From assembly GCA_012295275.1 (NCBI GenBank), contig CM022670.1, positions 26,660,001-26,724,000 of the forward strand: a stretch of 64,000 nucleotides of DNA. Reading direction: 5' to 3'. Of the stretch, positions 12,671 to 26,575 are shown one piece after another. This DNA comes from Chrysomallon squamiferum. Taxonomy: Eukaryota > Animalia > Mollusca. Made by a program: the position numbers and the translations under genes. The notes beneath the pieces are model-generated. The model saw only the letters and a list, made by a program, of their open reading frames with translations. It was not told where the DNA came from and did no database searches. The number at the start of each line of letters is the position of its first letter. The first letter of the stretch is position 1.

Positions 12671-15600
12671 GTAAGTGATTGTAGCATCTGTTTAGAATTT
12701 TTCATTAAAGTTTTGCAAATACCATACTCAAGATAAATATATTCATCCTTTTTAAAAATGCTTTTACATTAATTTATTATTACAAGCATTAGTTATAATG
12801 TCATACCATGGACTTTCAGAAATTAAAAAATATAAATTATCTCCCTTCGACCAAACCATGTCATTGTTATAGATTTTACAAACATAATATATTTAGTTAC
12901 TGACAAAACATAAACAAACAAACAAATAATTTATTCATGTACATTTAAAATTGTATGAAATTAATCCAGTTTTTTTTTTTTAGTGAAAATATTTACTTAG
13001 TGATGAATTTGTTTTGTCTAAATAAAACTTGAAAAATAATATGATATATCACTATTTTGGATAAATAAATTATTTAATTTTAAATCATAAGAATACAAAG
13101 TTATTTTGCCAATTAACATGACAGAATCAGTTTCATGGAAAGAAGTAATACAAAAAATTTGTTTTTGCAGTAATAAGAAAATAGAGTAATTAATCCATTT
13201 AATCATTTCAAGAAGTGAAGTTTAATTAAATACTTTCTCCTTCATAATATATTTAAAAGGAATCTGTTTGTTGTAAAATCTAGTACAAAACAGTCATGCT
13301 AGTTGAAATTCAGTATATTTTATCATTCCATCATATTTAAATTTGTTAATGTGTATTAGCAGTGGTTTACTTTTTTAAATTCTGGTTGAAAAAATGACAT
13401 TATATGTCAAACATTAGCCTTTGTCATTTTTTATAAACATTTTCTTCAAAAGTATGATATTTGTTAACTGTTATCAAAGATTTATAACAATATTATATTA
13501 TTGAGATTTTTTAAGTCAGTCTTTACACTCAAAATAAAATAACGCTACAAATCAGAAGTTTGTTTATCATGTCCACTTCTTGTAGATTATGTATAATTAT
13601 GTACTTTCAAACACTTATGTTCTACAGATGCTATATCACACTTTAATGTATTACAGAATTGTGGTTAAATATACAATGTAAAATTTAAAAACCCACAAAA
13701 CTTTCATTTGAAAAGTTACAGGGACAAAATATCTACAAAGATCAAGCCAATAAATCCTTTTTCTTTCTATCTTTACAAAAATTATAATGTAATTGTAGAT
13801 TGTACACATCATTTAGTTATGCTAAAATGGAATTAAAGTGAGCAATAAATAAAGTGTTACAAATATTATTATCATAACTTTAGTTAAACTTACATTTATT
13901 TATCATTTTTATTAACAATTTTTAAATTTGAAAAATACATGTTTGTTCTATTTTTTTTTTTTTTTTTTTTTTTATAATTTAAAAATATAATTACAAAAAC
14001 CAAAACACAAATTGACAGTGAATAAACAGAACAGAATTTAAAAAAAAACAAAAAAAAAACACAAATGCTTTTTAATATTTATATTAGTATTCTTAGTAGT
14101 TCATTACATCTGAGGTAATAATATAGTGTGTTAAAACCTTAAATATTTCATAAAATTTAATTATGAATGTAAAACTCATAAATCAGTGTTTTAGCAGCAA
14201 TAACAAAAAAATTGTCTTTGTGATTTTATTTATAAAATTAAGATAAGTTTTTTTATTGTTATTATTTTGTATGGATGTTTTGCCATGAAACCTCTAGGCA
14301 GTTGGTTGAAAGTTTATATTATATTTTAAGAAAAAAGAAAAACATGTCCAAGGCCAGACTGTTGTGGCTCTCATCATTAGTCTTTTATGTTATTTTAATA
14401 TGTAGCAAATGGTGCTTCTTTTTCTAAAACTTCTTTGTTAAGGGTCTGTTAAATTTCAGTAACTGGGGGCAAAATAATGCACTATTTAAAGAAATATTTT
14501 GTTTTTATTTGAGCAACTCAACTTCAGGCTACTGACATTTCATTTGTCCTGATCTTTTGTTTTCAGCCACCAAAAAGCAATATAATAGAAAAATGTGGGG
14601 AAAAGTCTCTTCAAATTACAAATAATTAAATTACACATTTTTAAAATTAATCAAACACTTTAAATGATGCAGTTTTTGTTATTTTTTAAGTGTTATTTTT
14701 TTCCTTTCATTGCTTTTTTTATTTTTTAGTCTTCATAAACTGTTGGGGAACAACACATATATAGCAATTACTTTATTATTATTATTTATTTATTTATCAT
14801 TTTTATTTTATTTTTTTAATGTCCTGATGTCTATTAATTTTCAGAAAGAAAAATTATTAGTAAATAATTAACTTCCAAAGTATATATGCTCACATATCTA
14901 AAAATAAAAATAATAATAATAAATAAATAAAAATCTATTAAGAATTATGTGAGTTTACAACTCATAATACAGGCTAAAAAAAAAGCTTCAATATACTAGA
15001 AATTTTATTTAAAATTTATAAGTTTGTTTTATTTAATGATTCCACTAAAAAATCTATATTTGATAGATTGTATATTTTACAATTACAATGTCATATCCTA
15101 TTTTGTAACTGAGTTGGTAAAAGTATCTGTCAGAAAATTTAGATTCATTTTAAATATCTTTATAAGTGTAATTAAAATTCCCCTTTTAAGTAAAACTGCT
15201 ATATTTCTGTTACTGTGCCTTGCAGTGACATAAATTCAGATAAAACCAACTATATGTTAAGCTCCTTTTTCTCTCTCTGTATTTTTATTTTTCTCAAGTT
15301 ATGTGTTTATGCTGGTCTTTAGTTGTTTGGTTTTTTTAGTGGCATTAATTCATTAATAACAGCTGTTACGGTTTAACATTACTATATGCTCACAGTACCA
15401 TGTATGTTCTCAAACCTTCCCAGAACTTTGTGTTTTGAAACTCAATAGTCTAGTCTATATTGTTTTCTTTTGACATTTGATCTTTTTGTTCCCTAAAAAA
15501 ATATTAAATTTAATGCCACAGAGAAAAAGCAGAATTATTTTGTCCAGCTTTTAAATTGAAAAATAATATATGAATCAGAGTTTTAAGATTTTCAAAAAGA

Positions 15601-18600
15601 GTGTTGACATTATAAAAATTTGTTTTAATACAGGTAATCTTGCATTTTTATACAATATTTTTTTAAGCTCCAGTTATGCACTTTAACATCTTTTTATTCT
15701 AGACCAAAATGGACTTTTCACCTAGATAAATGAAAAATTTCCCTATAGACAGATGATTGACACTATTTTCTTTTCTCTGTTGGGTTTTTTTTTTTTTTTT
15801 TTTTTTTTTTCTTCTATACATGGTGGTTCTTCATTCTTTTTTACCAGCTGTTATCAAGAAAAACAACACCTTAATTGTGTATTAAGGAACAGTTGTGTTC
15901 CAAAGATGGATGCCCCACTTGCCTGCTTAAGTGCACGTATATTCAGATAAGAAAGCAACTTGGCATGCATCCTTAGCTGCTGTGGTTGGCAGACTCCAAC
16001 TAATATATGTATTATCTGTGATCTGTGTCAAACATAAATTTTGATTATTATTATTATCTGATTTTGTGGGGGTTATTTTTTATTTTATTTTTATTTTTTG
16101 TATACAAACATTATTTTAAAATAAGATTATAATCTTGAACAGCAGAAAGTTATTCCTTAATGAAATCTAGATTCACAGAATAGGAACATTACTTTTTCCT
16201 AATTCTGTAATCTAGGTCTTGGATGCAACGCCCAGTTCAATGTTCTGTTACATATTCAATGATATTGAAATTAATGATTAAATAACACCAACTGTACTTA
16301 ATAAAGCATTCAGTTAGCACCAGCCATATAATTACCTTTATTTATCCTTTTTCTTTTTTTACCCACCTTGTGTGTAGTTCAATTTTTACACATGAGCAAA
16401 TGAGGATTGAAAGGTAATCAGAAATTATATAACAAAGCTATGTACAAAGTATTTGTATTCTGTTTCTTTGGCATACTTGTTAGCAGATCATATGGTGAGA
16501 TTAGTATTACATAATTTGATTTTGAATGTCGGTCAGAATTGTGTGGGTTTTAGTTTTTTGTTGTTGTTTTTAATATTCAATGTCATCCATTTAAAATTAA
16601 GTTATTCCTGTCAAACAATCTTACAGTTTTTAATATTTGTAAACATTGAATATTTAAATAGATACTTTTTTCCTTCCTTTTTCTTGAGGTTCTTTATTAA
16701 TTAAACATTTATACATAAAGATTATTAAAACCTATAGAACTTTGTTCCCTATCTTAAGACATTTTTTGGTTGTTGCTGTTATTGTTTAATTTTTAGCCTT
16801 TATTTTTATTTCCTACAGTTACAAGATTAAACTCTGCTTAAAGAAATAATAGCTGATACGTTACACTTAAGTGTATTGTTTTGAATCCCAGAAAATACAC
16901 ATAGTTACAACTGTAATAAAATCAAAGATATTCAAATTCTGAGCCTTCAGTAACACAAATAAAGGTATTTATGAAACAGGAAAATGTTATAAAATTTTAA
17001 TTAATGCTATGAGACAACTTTTTATATAAAGTCAGATCATTCTTAAAAAAAGAAGAAGCGGAAACAAACAAACAAACAACAAAATCAAAGGAGTAGATGG
17101 GGCAACAATTTTTTAATGATCACAAATTATTCATGTTTTAAAAGGTTTAAAAATATAACTTCATTGAACTACATAAAACAAATGTATATCTGTGCATTTT
17201 ATATGATTAATACACCATTTGTGTTCTTTCACTGGCTATTAATAAAATTAAAATAAATATTATTTGCTCTTGGACTTGCCATCTAGGTCAGTAAAAGGCT
17301 AAAAATAAAGAAGGTACAAACTTTATTGTTTATAAATATTCCACATAATGAACTGTTTCAATTTCATTCATTACATACAACAATATATGTAATTACATGA
17401 TAAAACATAAATTAATTATGGAAACATGTAACATATTTGAGATCAAAAGTTATAAATTAATATGGAAAATAAAATCCTTGATTATTGTTAAATATTAAAA
17501 TATATATTTAATATTCATGATTTTTTATACATAATGAAAACCAGTGTTAATATTATATGAGCATCTTTTAAATACAGCAGACAATAAGAAACATGAATGC
17601 AGATATTGTTAGGTTTGACAAATGAAAAGATTATTTTCTAACTTTTTTCCAACATTCTGAAATAGAACTCATGCATTCTTTTGCCTTAATTTGCTGATTT
17701 GAAAAATAAAATTAATATTCCTGTAATGTATTGAGAGGACGTCTCTTACCATTTAGTGGCTCATTATGTTGTTATATAGGAAGGGTGAACGGATTCTGTT
17801 AAGTGGTCAATAAATAAAGCATGAAACTGTCTGTCATTGATTTGTCTCCAGTTCAAGGAAGGTCTCTCTGCCTGCAACCTTCCTCTTAATTAATTATTTT
17901 TGCCTGTTCAGGTCAGCACATCACTTACTATTCCATGGTAAATGTCTTCATGAATTAAACATTGTGTTTTGGGTCAAAATGCAGGCAAGCTGATTAAATG
18001 GATAATTAATACTGGTAATTAGTCCAGACTTGGTGTGGGTCTGTCCTGTGGGTACCATTTGAGATCATGAATATTTAACATGTGCAAAGTGAATTTGATG
18101 ACTTTTCATTTTGAAACTGAAAGAAAAGTGTTGGTTAAGCAATAAGTTATTTACATGTCTAAAAGAATGACAGCAGATAGGAGTGGAAGTGTTTCTAGAT
18201 TTCAGGCTTGATAATGAATAATTTTTAGAAACTAAATCTACAGTTGTTTCCAAGTGTTACTTCGAGCATTTAAATTTCTAAATTACATTTTTCATCTTGG
18301 AAAAGCTGTGGACTGAATTTTTCTTCTTTTTTTTTTATGTTAAAAAGCCCCATAACCAACAATTTTGTATTAACCCACAAAAGATAGCTGGAAAATGTTT
18401 ATTCAAACCAGTTTTGCATTGTATATAATATTTATTTTAACTGACAAACAATTTATTGTAATACAACAAGATATTCTGCAAAAAAAGTTTTGGAGAATCG
18501 TAGCAGAGATTATAGCATATAAAAACAAACTATCAAAAAATAACATATAATTTTTTTTTTTTTATATAAATAAAGAAAATGTCTACATGTTATAAATGTA

Positions 18601-19393
18601 GAGAGAAAGTATTAAGCTCAGGGATGTTATGGATGTATGTTGCCTTAAGACTTTGTTAACTTGTTATTTTGTCCTTGACATTTGACAGTGTTCTATTTCT
18701 AAGTTATAGTGAAATGCGTATTTGTTTCTGTTATGTATCTAATACAAAGAAACTATCCTGTTAATATCCATCTTGTCCAGTAATTCATAACTGCATTGCA
18801 TTGCAAGACTTTTTCTTTGATTTGAAGCACAGAGTTTCTTTTTGTTTTGTTTTGTTTTGGGTTTTTTCCCTCTTATTTATATAAACTTGGCTTTCTAGAC
18901 CTACACTGCACAGGATGAATTTTATTTATGTGTCAGTGTAATTTTGTTTTAATCGATTTTGTGAAATTACTAGTTTACATGTAATTCATAAATATCATTT
19001 ATCTTGCTCATTGAAATTTCACAGAGAACTTTTAGATTATGGTCTTTTAAGAATACCTAAAATAATAATAAAAATCATTCTGTGAAACCTTATAATTCAT
19101 TTTGAGTCACGTTCACATGATTTATATGAACATAAAACACATTTTATTTTTTCAAATAATAAATGATATGCCATCTTCCCAGAAATATATAAACACATGA
19201 GAATACTTTACAGTTTGTCCACGAATAGAAATATTTTCATAACTATTTAGAGGTTGTTTGGGGTTTTTTGGGGGGTTTTTTGTGTGTTATTTTTTAGAAA
19301 CTGAAAGCTAATTATAGTTTCCTTTAATCTTTTATTAAGCTTTCTATATAAGTATTGTTTATGCATCTTTATCTTTTTAGTTTTTTCAAAGAG

Positions 19394-19929
19394 AGGTCAT
19401 GGTCACCAAATGCTACAAATGACTTGACTTGTTTTGAACAACATTTTAATAGTTATTATTGTGTTTAATTGTGAACACCTGAAGTGTTCTGTGGATCTTT
19501 GATCAATAGAAAGATTTCTTTTTGTCAATATGGGTCAAGGAACAATATAAATTTGGCAAACATGTGTCATGTCCATAAAATATCACTTCCTTCTGCCCAA
19601 AGGCTGCATTAAGTGACTGGCTGGATGAATTAACAAACAGATTGCAAGGCATGTAACCAACCAGAATGTCCACAGTTCAACCAGAGTTCAAAAAGGGTTG
19701 TTCAACTTTCTCTTGCAGACATATGTTTGACCTCTATCCACTTTTGATCTCACCTGGAATTACCTGCCCCCTGTAATTAGGACAGCAAGCATGTCTAATT
19801 CTTGTTATAGATGGCATATATGGGTTACCGGGGTCACACGAGGTCAATTCCCTGGCTAGTTTCTGTCCATATAAAAAGGTTGTAACTTTCTGGCCTTGCA
19901 CTTAGTAGTTATATCCTGGTCACTGACCT
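19394..19929. promoter_or_regulatory. Candidate intronic enhancer with clustered nuclear-receptor elements
   Basis: AGGTCA-TGGTCA DR0 (19394-19405), AGTTCA-accag-AGTTCA DR5 (19674-19690), GGGTCA-cacg-AGGTCA DR4 (19831-19846) and TGGTCA-c-TGACCT IR1 (19917-19929), in a GC-raised non-coding island. Confidence 0.45.
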
Positions 19930-21645
19930 GCAAGAGGTAAAGACTGATGGAAGGGTGCTTAACATATGTACATGTGTACATTGTTTATTCTGTAAACACT
20001 AGATAAATTTTCTGTAGAAACTACTACCTGCTGATTCTGGCATCTGTCCCAGAATATATAGTATGGAACAAACCACTGAAGATTAGATATCCTATCAACA
20101 TTGTTCAAATGACCCCTGGCTAGTGGGTCAGCTGTTGATTCAAGTTTTGTAGTCTGAGAAGGCTTTCCATGCTGTGTGGGTGGAAAGTAGATAATAACTT
20201 GCTCTGATGATGAGGGACTGCAGGCTAGTATCATGGCAATGAACTTTGCAAGTGTTGGTCATTGTTAAGAAAAGCAGATAACCAAAGGAGACAGCTTGAT
20301 AGGAAAAACTAGTAACTAGACACATGACTGTCTTGGTCATTTTCAAGTAAACAGGGTTTTGCTTTCTAATATTTAAATGATTATTTTGTTTAACAACATA
20401 TCTTATTATTAACAGATACTAGGTTTCAAACAAACTATTTTTCTTTTGCTTTTTTCCCTCCTCCCTTAGATAATGACATCAGAAAAAAAAAAAAATTAGA
20501 ATTTAAAAAGGCTGAGTTCATTTAAGTAAAGATGTTTTATATTTATATTCCCAAAGACAGAAAAGCATATACCATACACAGAACCTCTTAAAATGGAAAA
20601 TATCCAACTGTCAGTGTTAATATTTTGTAACATTATTGGTCTGTTTTTGTTTATATACAGGCAGTTTAAAAACACTTCATGCAGGTGAAATTGAACATAA
20701 ATTAGATAACTTACCTTTTTTATGGCTTAGCATTCTGTGTTAATGAATGCAGCTACTTTCTTCTGAAGAAAAGTAATAGCCTGTTTAAAGACTGAGAAAA
20801 TTAGATTTAGAGGATACTTAAGCATATTAAACCCCATTTTTTAAATATTTAACTATTTACAACTGGGTGGTTAATTTCTTTTATCCAAGGAAAAATATTC
20901 AAAGTATGATAACACATACATACAAAATAGAATGTTTGTCTTAATGTTTTAGAGCTGTATGAATTAATATATCAACTTAAAACTTTACACAGATATTAAA
21001 CATTGTCATAAAATTAACTTTTTAATGCTATTTTTATCTCTTTTTCTAATATTTTATCATCTTGATTTTTATTAACTACTAAATATATATTTGTTACATC
21101 TACATGCTACTGTATAAATTATAAGAGAGATGAACAGTAAAGATTGAACTGGATCAATATATTGTCATACACATGTGTAATTTTGAAAATAAAGTGAGTT
21201 TTATTCTATCTGTTACTGTTTATTATTACAGACTTTCACAAATATCTATACAGTTTTAGAATTAAGAAATTCATTAATACTTGCCAACAATAAATTAATG
21301 AAATGGTGTTCTTTGTTTTTTTTTCATTAGTGTGTGTGTGTGTGTGTGTGTGTTTATTTATTTTCCATTCATAATAGTGGATTTAAAAAAAGTATATATC
21401 TAAATAATTTCAAGATCAGGGTTAAAAAAATAGAACAAACTAAGTAAATCGCTTTGACTAAACTTTAAAGCAATGAGCAGGTTCACTTTGTTTTGTTTGC
21501 TTTTTTCCCAAATCTATGGAATTTTGGTAAAACAGTTCTGTTTAAAGTATAATGACAAAACTAAGGATCTCACTACATTTTTATATTATTCGACACGCTC
21601 TATCCTGTTAGAATAATACTGTTCCTGCTAGTTTTCCATGTTAGA

Positions 21646-21716
21646 TTAACAAAGGCCTTGTAATATGCTTCCTTGTCTGTGATACTTACAAGGGATCTCT
21701 GGCTACAAATGAAAAA
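21646..21716 (+). mobile_element. Decayed SINE core fragment (MetaSINE-like)
   Basis: TAACAAAGGCCTTGTAATATGCTTCCTTGTCTGTG...GGATCTCTGGCTACAAATGAAAA resembles, from memory, the core AACAAAGGCCGTGGTATGTGCTATCCTGTCTGTGGG...AAGATCCCTTGCTGCTAATCG of mollusc SINEs. It is roughly complementary to the relics at 26445 and 54323. Confidence 0.4.
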
Positions 21717-22507
21717 ATAAAATCAGATTTCTTTTCATTGTCCTCAGCTATATTTATAAAGTGTATAATTATAGATTGAAATTACGTTGAGTGCAGTATT
21801 AAATAAACATATCTTACTTTTTTTTTCTTCTTTCTAAAGATGTATAAACATTACATGATAGTTGACAGTAAGTATCTGAATATTATAATGTTGAATTTTA
21901 TGATGTAACCAAATAAGTAATTATCTGCAAAAAATGTCAGCAAAACAATAGTATTGGCTAGTAATTTTTTTTTAGAAATAATACATTTTAGAATAATTTA
22001 TTTGATTATTGTGAGAATGAAAAACAAAGTTCTTTCCAGTTCTTATTATGATTATTCTTGATATTTGAAATGTTTTAAATGGTTTACTTACTCCCATTCT
22101 GAACAATACCTACAACATATGTTTACTTTGTAAATATAGGGCAGTTCAGGGCACTGACCTGATTAAAAATAAATAAATATTTTCATATATCATTTATTGG
22201 GTGGTGCTCATTCACATGTTAAGAATAATAAATATTTAGAATTTCCAAGCATTCATTTTTTTTTTTTTTTTTCTTTATATTAAAATCCCACTGAGAACCT
22301 TATTTATTATATTATTATATCTCTTCTCAGAATAAATAATATTTATATTCTGTTATCTAAACTGATCTGGCAATAAGTCTGTCAATGTTCCTTGGATAAT
22401 AGATTAATCATGTCACTGAGATTATTTTTTCTTCTTCTTCTTTCAAAAATAATGAATTCTAAATGCATTTTGTATACTTTTAATTATTTGATTTGTGTTT
22501 GCTAATA

Positions 22508-23187
22508 TAGTGGTACCTTGACTTAAGAGTGTAATTCATTCCATAACCAAGCTCATATCTCAATTTGCTTGTATATCAAATCAATTTTCCCAACTGAAAT
22601 TAATTGAAATACCATTAATCTGTTCCAGCCCTTCCAAAAACTACCTCATTTTTTTATTGTAACATGTTTTTAAGTAAAAAAAAATGTATTTATAAATGAC
22701 AAATATTGTATAAAGACAAAATAAAAGAGAATGTAAAGAAATAAATTGGTTTTCTAAAGTGTATTTTTTTGGAGTACTACGCTCGTACTGCCTTGCCAAG
22801 TTGACTACATGCATACCTTGCTCATATTTTTCTATGAATTCAAGCTTTATTTCAGTGGACATAATCCACTTCTTCTTATCAGCATTGTCCTTTGCGTTCA
22901 CTTTCTTAGGATCCATCACTGCAATAAAGAAATTTGGCAAAATAATGCACAAAACGCGAGCAGAACACAACACTCAACAGAGATGCTTCCGTGGCAAAGT
23001 AACCACATGAAGTAAACGAGAGACTTGTGGGATGCTGGCCAGATGTTATGTTGTTCATTGCGCCGACTAGCGGCGATATATCTGAAGTTCACTCATAACT
23101 CGAATTTTGGCATTCAACTCTAAGAATAAATTGACTGGGTAACTGCTTGAAACTCGAAAAACTCAGCTGAGGCACTTGTAACTACTG
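22508..23187 (-). mobile_element. Tigger/pogo-type DNA transposon, internally deleted
   Basis: TA|TAGTGGTACCTTGACTTAAGAG left end and ...ACTACTG|TA right end (CAGTRG-type termini). The - strand from 22916 encodes MDPKKVNAKDNADKKKWIMSTEIKLEFIEKYEQGMHVVNLARQYERST, a CENP-B-N/Psq-type HTH start of Tigger transposases, which then breaks off. Confidence 0.85.
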
Positions 23188-23332
23188 TAATAGAATGTAG
23201 AAAAATAAGCTTGTGAGAATATAGGGAGACTGACACTTAGTATGTCATTTAGATATATAAAAAGGTTAAGTCACTTTAACTTCTAATATTATTTAGTCTT
23301 TTTTTTTCATTATTATTTTTTATTTATTTACA

Positions 23333-23334
<2 letters not shown>

Positions 23335-23400
<66 letters not shown>
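23335..23400. repeat. (TC)33 microsatellite
   Basis: Perfect TC dinucleotide run. Confidence 0.97.
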
Positions 23401-23406
<6 letters not shown>

Positions 23407-25907
23407 AAACTTTTCTACATGTACAAAACTATTTTAAATAAAAAAATTAAAATGTCAGTTTTTATAATCTTAAACTGTCTTGTTATTTTGTTATCTTGGA
23501 ATGTTCAACTGTATTGTAATCATTTGTCACTCCACCTGTACACTTTGACATTTTATTTACAATATTTTACAAGTACATCCATATGCTGTATAAATGTTAC
23601 TGTTTTCATATAAAATAGCATTTTAGAAGAAGAAAAAATAATAACAAATTACAAAGCATCTGTTACTTTTCAATACTCAGAAATTAATTTAGCAATAAAA
23701 TAATATTTAAAATAAATGCTTTAATTAACAGCAAGTTCATTGCCCGAACTTAGATTGTAGTCACTGACCAGTATTGATGGATGGATGTTCTTGTGGCTGT
23801 TGGCGTTGAGAAGTTGTATTCAGCATTTTTCTATGTTGTTCAACAATGACACATGCAAACATTTACTCACACATAAATACAGGCACACAGATATATACAG
23901 TTGAAAGATAAATAGTTTCTTTATATCTTTTAATCTGAAATTTGTAAATTCATTTTGTGAAATATGGACAAATCTTATGTTTTACATTTGTTAACTGAAG
24001 CTAGTGAAAAGAAATTCATTACTATTATTATTGATTATAAATTTTATTATCATACAAATAAATTTATACTACAGTTGTTATGCTGCAGGGTTTCTTTTTC
24101 ATTTTGCTACATATAATTTTATACTGGTCATCCTAATTTCCTAACCTAAAATGATGTTTAAAGGAAGAAAGAAAACGTTACTTGTGAAATAGTTTATCAG
24201 AAAGCTATTTGTGTGAACATTTGAATTTTAATGAATTCGTTCCTTTCCTATAGTTAGTGAAAAAAATCCCATTAAGTTAGTAATTATTTTAATCAAGAAA
24301 AGCATCAGCTGTGTACAAAAAAAAGAAGAAAAATTTACCAGCAATTATCTCCTTCAGATTATCTATTAAAAATAATAATTAGCAAAAATGTAGGAAGGTG
24401 ACTACAATTTTCCATGTGTTTCTTATATAAGATATACTTGATGTAGTACAAATTAACTGATACTTGTGTTATTATAGATTGATAATGTCTTTGACACTTA
24501 TTTCAGTACAATGAAAGTAGCTGTCAAAGATGCATGGTAAGTATGTTTAAGGTAAGCCATTAAGTGCTGTGTGTTTTGTTGTTGAACTGCTGCACCCTTC
24601 TTGGAAACGTACCACATTTCCAAATTAATCTGTCTGAAAAACCATTTAACAGTTCCAGTACTCAAGGGAAGAAATGGGTGCTGCTGGATCATTCAGTTCC
24701 TTTTGTGACATGTTTATGTGATTTAGAGATACTGTGATAAATAATAGCAAATATTTTTTGCATGTATGTGATTTTTTTTACTTAATATTTTTAAAATACT
24801 TAAGTGCCTTTACAAGTACAGTGCTGAATATTTGAAAGATTTCTTTTTAGTTAAAGCTTCAAACACTTCAATTTTTATTTTATTTTTAAATGCTTTTGTT
24901 TTAAAAAAAGTAATGCTGTTTTAAGGTTAGGTTAGATTTAAATAATTAATGAAATAAAGTTTTTATTTCATTTAAATTCAATGATCATTTATGTTTTTTA
25001 AACTCTTTATATAATTACTATTCAGCTAAAGACTGTAGGGCATTTTCTTGAGATTTCTCTGAATTATTTCTTTCCACTGCAGGAAACTACCAATTCCTTA
25101 AGGCCTTTATTTTTTTTTCAGACCTGTGTAGCACTTCCTTTCTTGTTCAGGAAATAGTGTTGGTGTACAGCCTCCCCCATAACCTTTAATATAACATGCT
25201 GGTTTTTTTTTAATAAAGATTATAATGTATCATTTTAGTAATTCAAATTGCACATAAATTTTTTGATTTCAGTATTCATATTCATATATGTTTAATTTAT
25301 TAATTTATGAGACTAATTACCTTTCTTCGAAACCTTATTGATTTTGTTAACCAGAATGATGCATACAAATTTTAAGTTACTAATTGAAAACTGATATGGC
25401 CTTGGAACATTATATTGTACCCATTTGTAACTAAACAAACCAAGACGTTTTTTACCCTGACTACTCTTATTATATTTGAATTTTAATGACCTACTTACAA
25501 AGTAAACGTCTCTATATTTTATTGTGAACAATGAATAGACTTCATTAAAAAAAAATGTCCATATGGATATTTATATATACTAGGAAATGTCAGCTAAGAC
25601 GTCACAAAGAGGTCTGGTGTTAGTAGGACTTTGTCAGCGTCATAGACCAAACATATGAATAGACTGCTGATGTCTGAAAACCATAGAAACAACTTTTTAG
25701 CAGACGCTTAAGGGAGTCATTGCTGTTTTGGCGCCTTTGTTCCTATTGGTTTGCTTTGGCAAATGACAGAGGAAGTATTTTGTAGGACACATAAGAGTTC
25801 ATTTATGCAGTGGGGAGCTTATGGTTCTTATTTATATCAACTTACATAATTAGTTTCTAAAAACTAATCCATGTCCATCTGTTCATAATATTATTTTTTT
25901 ATTTTTA

Positions 25908-25953
<46 letters not shown>

Positions 25954-26444
25954 TCATTAAATTTTTTCAGATTTAAATTATTCAGACTTTTGAGCACTTT
26001 TGTTTTTGCAGTATAATCAATCATGAGAGACTTTTATAGAAAGATAAATAACTGGTTGGATAAATCCTTGCACAAAACAAATATTTCTGAGATTTTCTGA
26101 TTGTGACAAATTCAGAATGTCTTTCAGTTTGCTATTATTATGCATTACTTATTCTTTAAGAAATAATGGATTAGGTAATTATATCTAGTTTCACTTAGTT
26201 CACTGCCTGGTTAAGTATTAGACTAGATTTATTGTGAAAATTGATCTAAGACTTGGGTAAACTAATTCCAAATATGTCATTGCTGACTTACCTTAAGCTT
26301 CATTATTTCAACTGTGTAACTACAGACTACAGATTTATATCAGTTGTTGATTATTTGAAAGAGTACTTTTAAGAATGTACACCTGTATTAATTTTGTTTG
26401 TGCGATTTGGTTGGGGTTTTAAATGGTAATGATGGTGGTAAATT

Positions 26445-26575
26445 AGGAAACCTGCTGCCATAATTATATATGTTATCAGTAGTAAAGGATCATTTATATA
26501 TACCTTTCCATAGACAGGAAATTTTTATCATGTTTTTTGATAAAGTAGTCATGGGAAACTTGCAGGAATGGGATA
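26445..26575 (-). mobile_element. Decayed SINE core fragment (MetaSINE-like)
   Basis: AGGAAACCTGCTGCCA...TCAGTAGTAAAGGATCATTTATATATACCTTTCCATAGACAGGA...TTTGATAAAGTAGTCATGGGAAACTTGCAGGAATGGG is collinear with the reverse strand of the mollusc SINE core, and similar to 52900-52950 and 54323-54385. Confidence 0.55.

Noticed and set aside
12554-12736. 60-aa ORF MISMSNMLAK...
   Set aside because: Wrong frame over exon 2. The phase-1 frame gives the SH3 terminal strand.
19959-20346. Overlapping minus-strand ORFs of 91 and 68 aa as a possible LINE or gene remnant
   Set aside because: No recognisable RT, endonuclease or other domain motifs.
20715-20762. Well-formed minus-strand 48-nt exon (cttttcttcAG...AAG|GTAAGT)
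   Set aside because: Stops in all three frames and no partner exons. GTAAGT is expected many times by chance in 64 kb.
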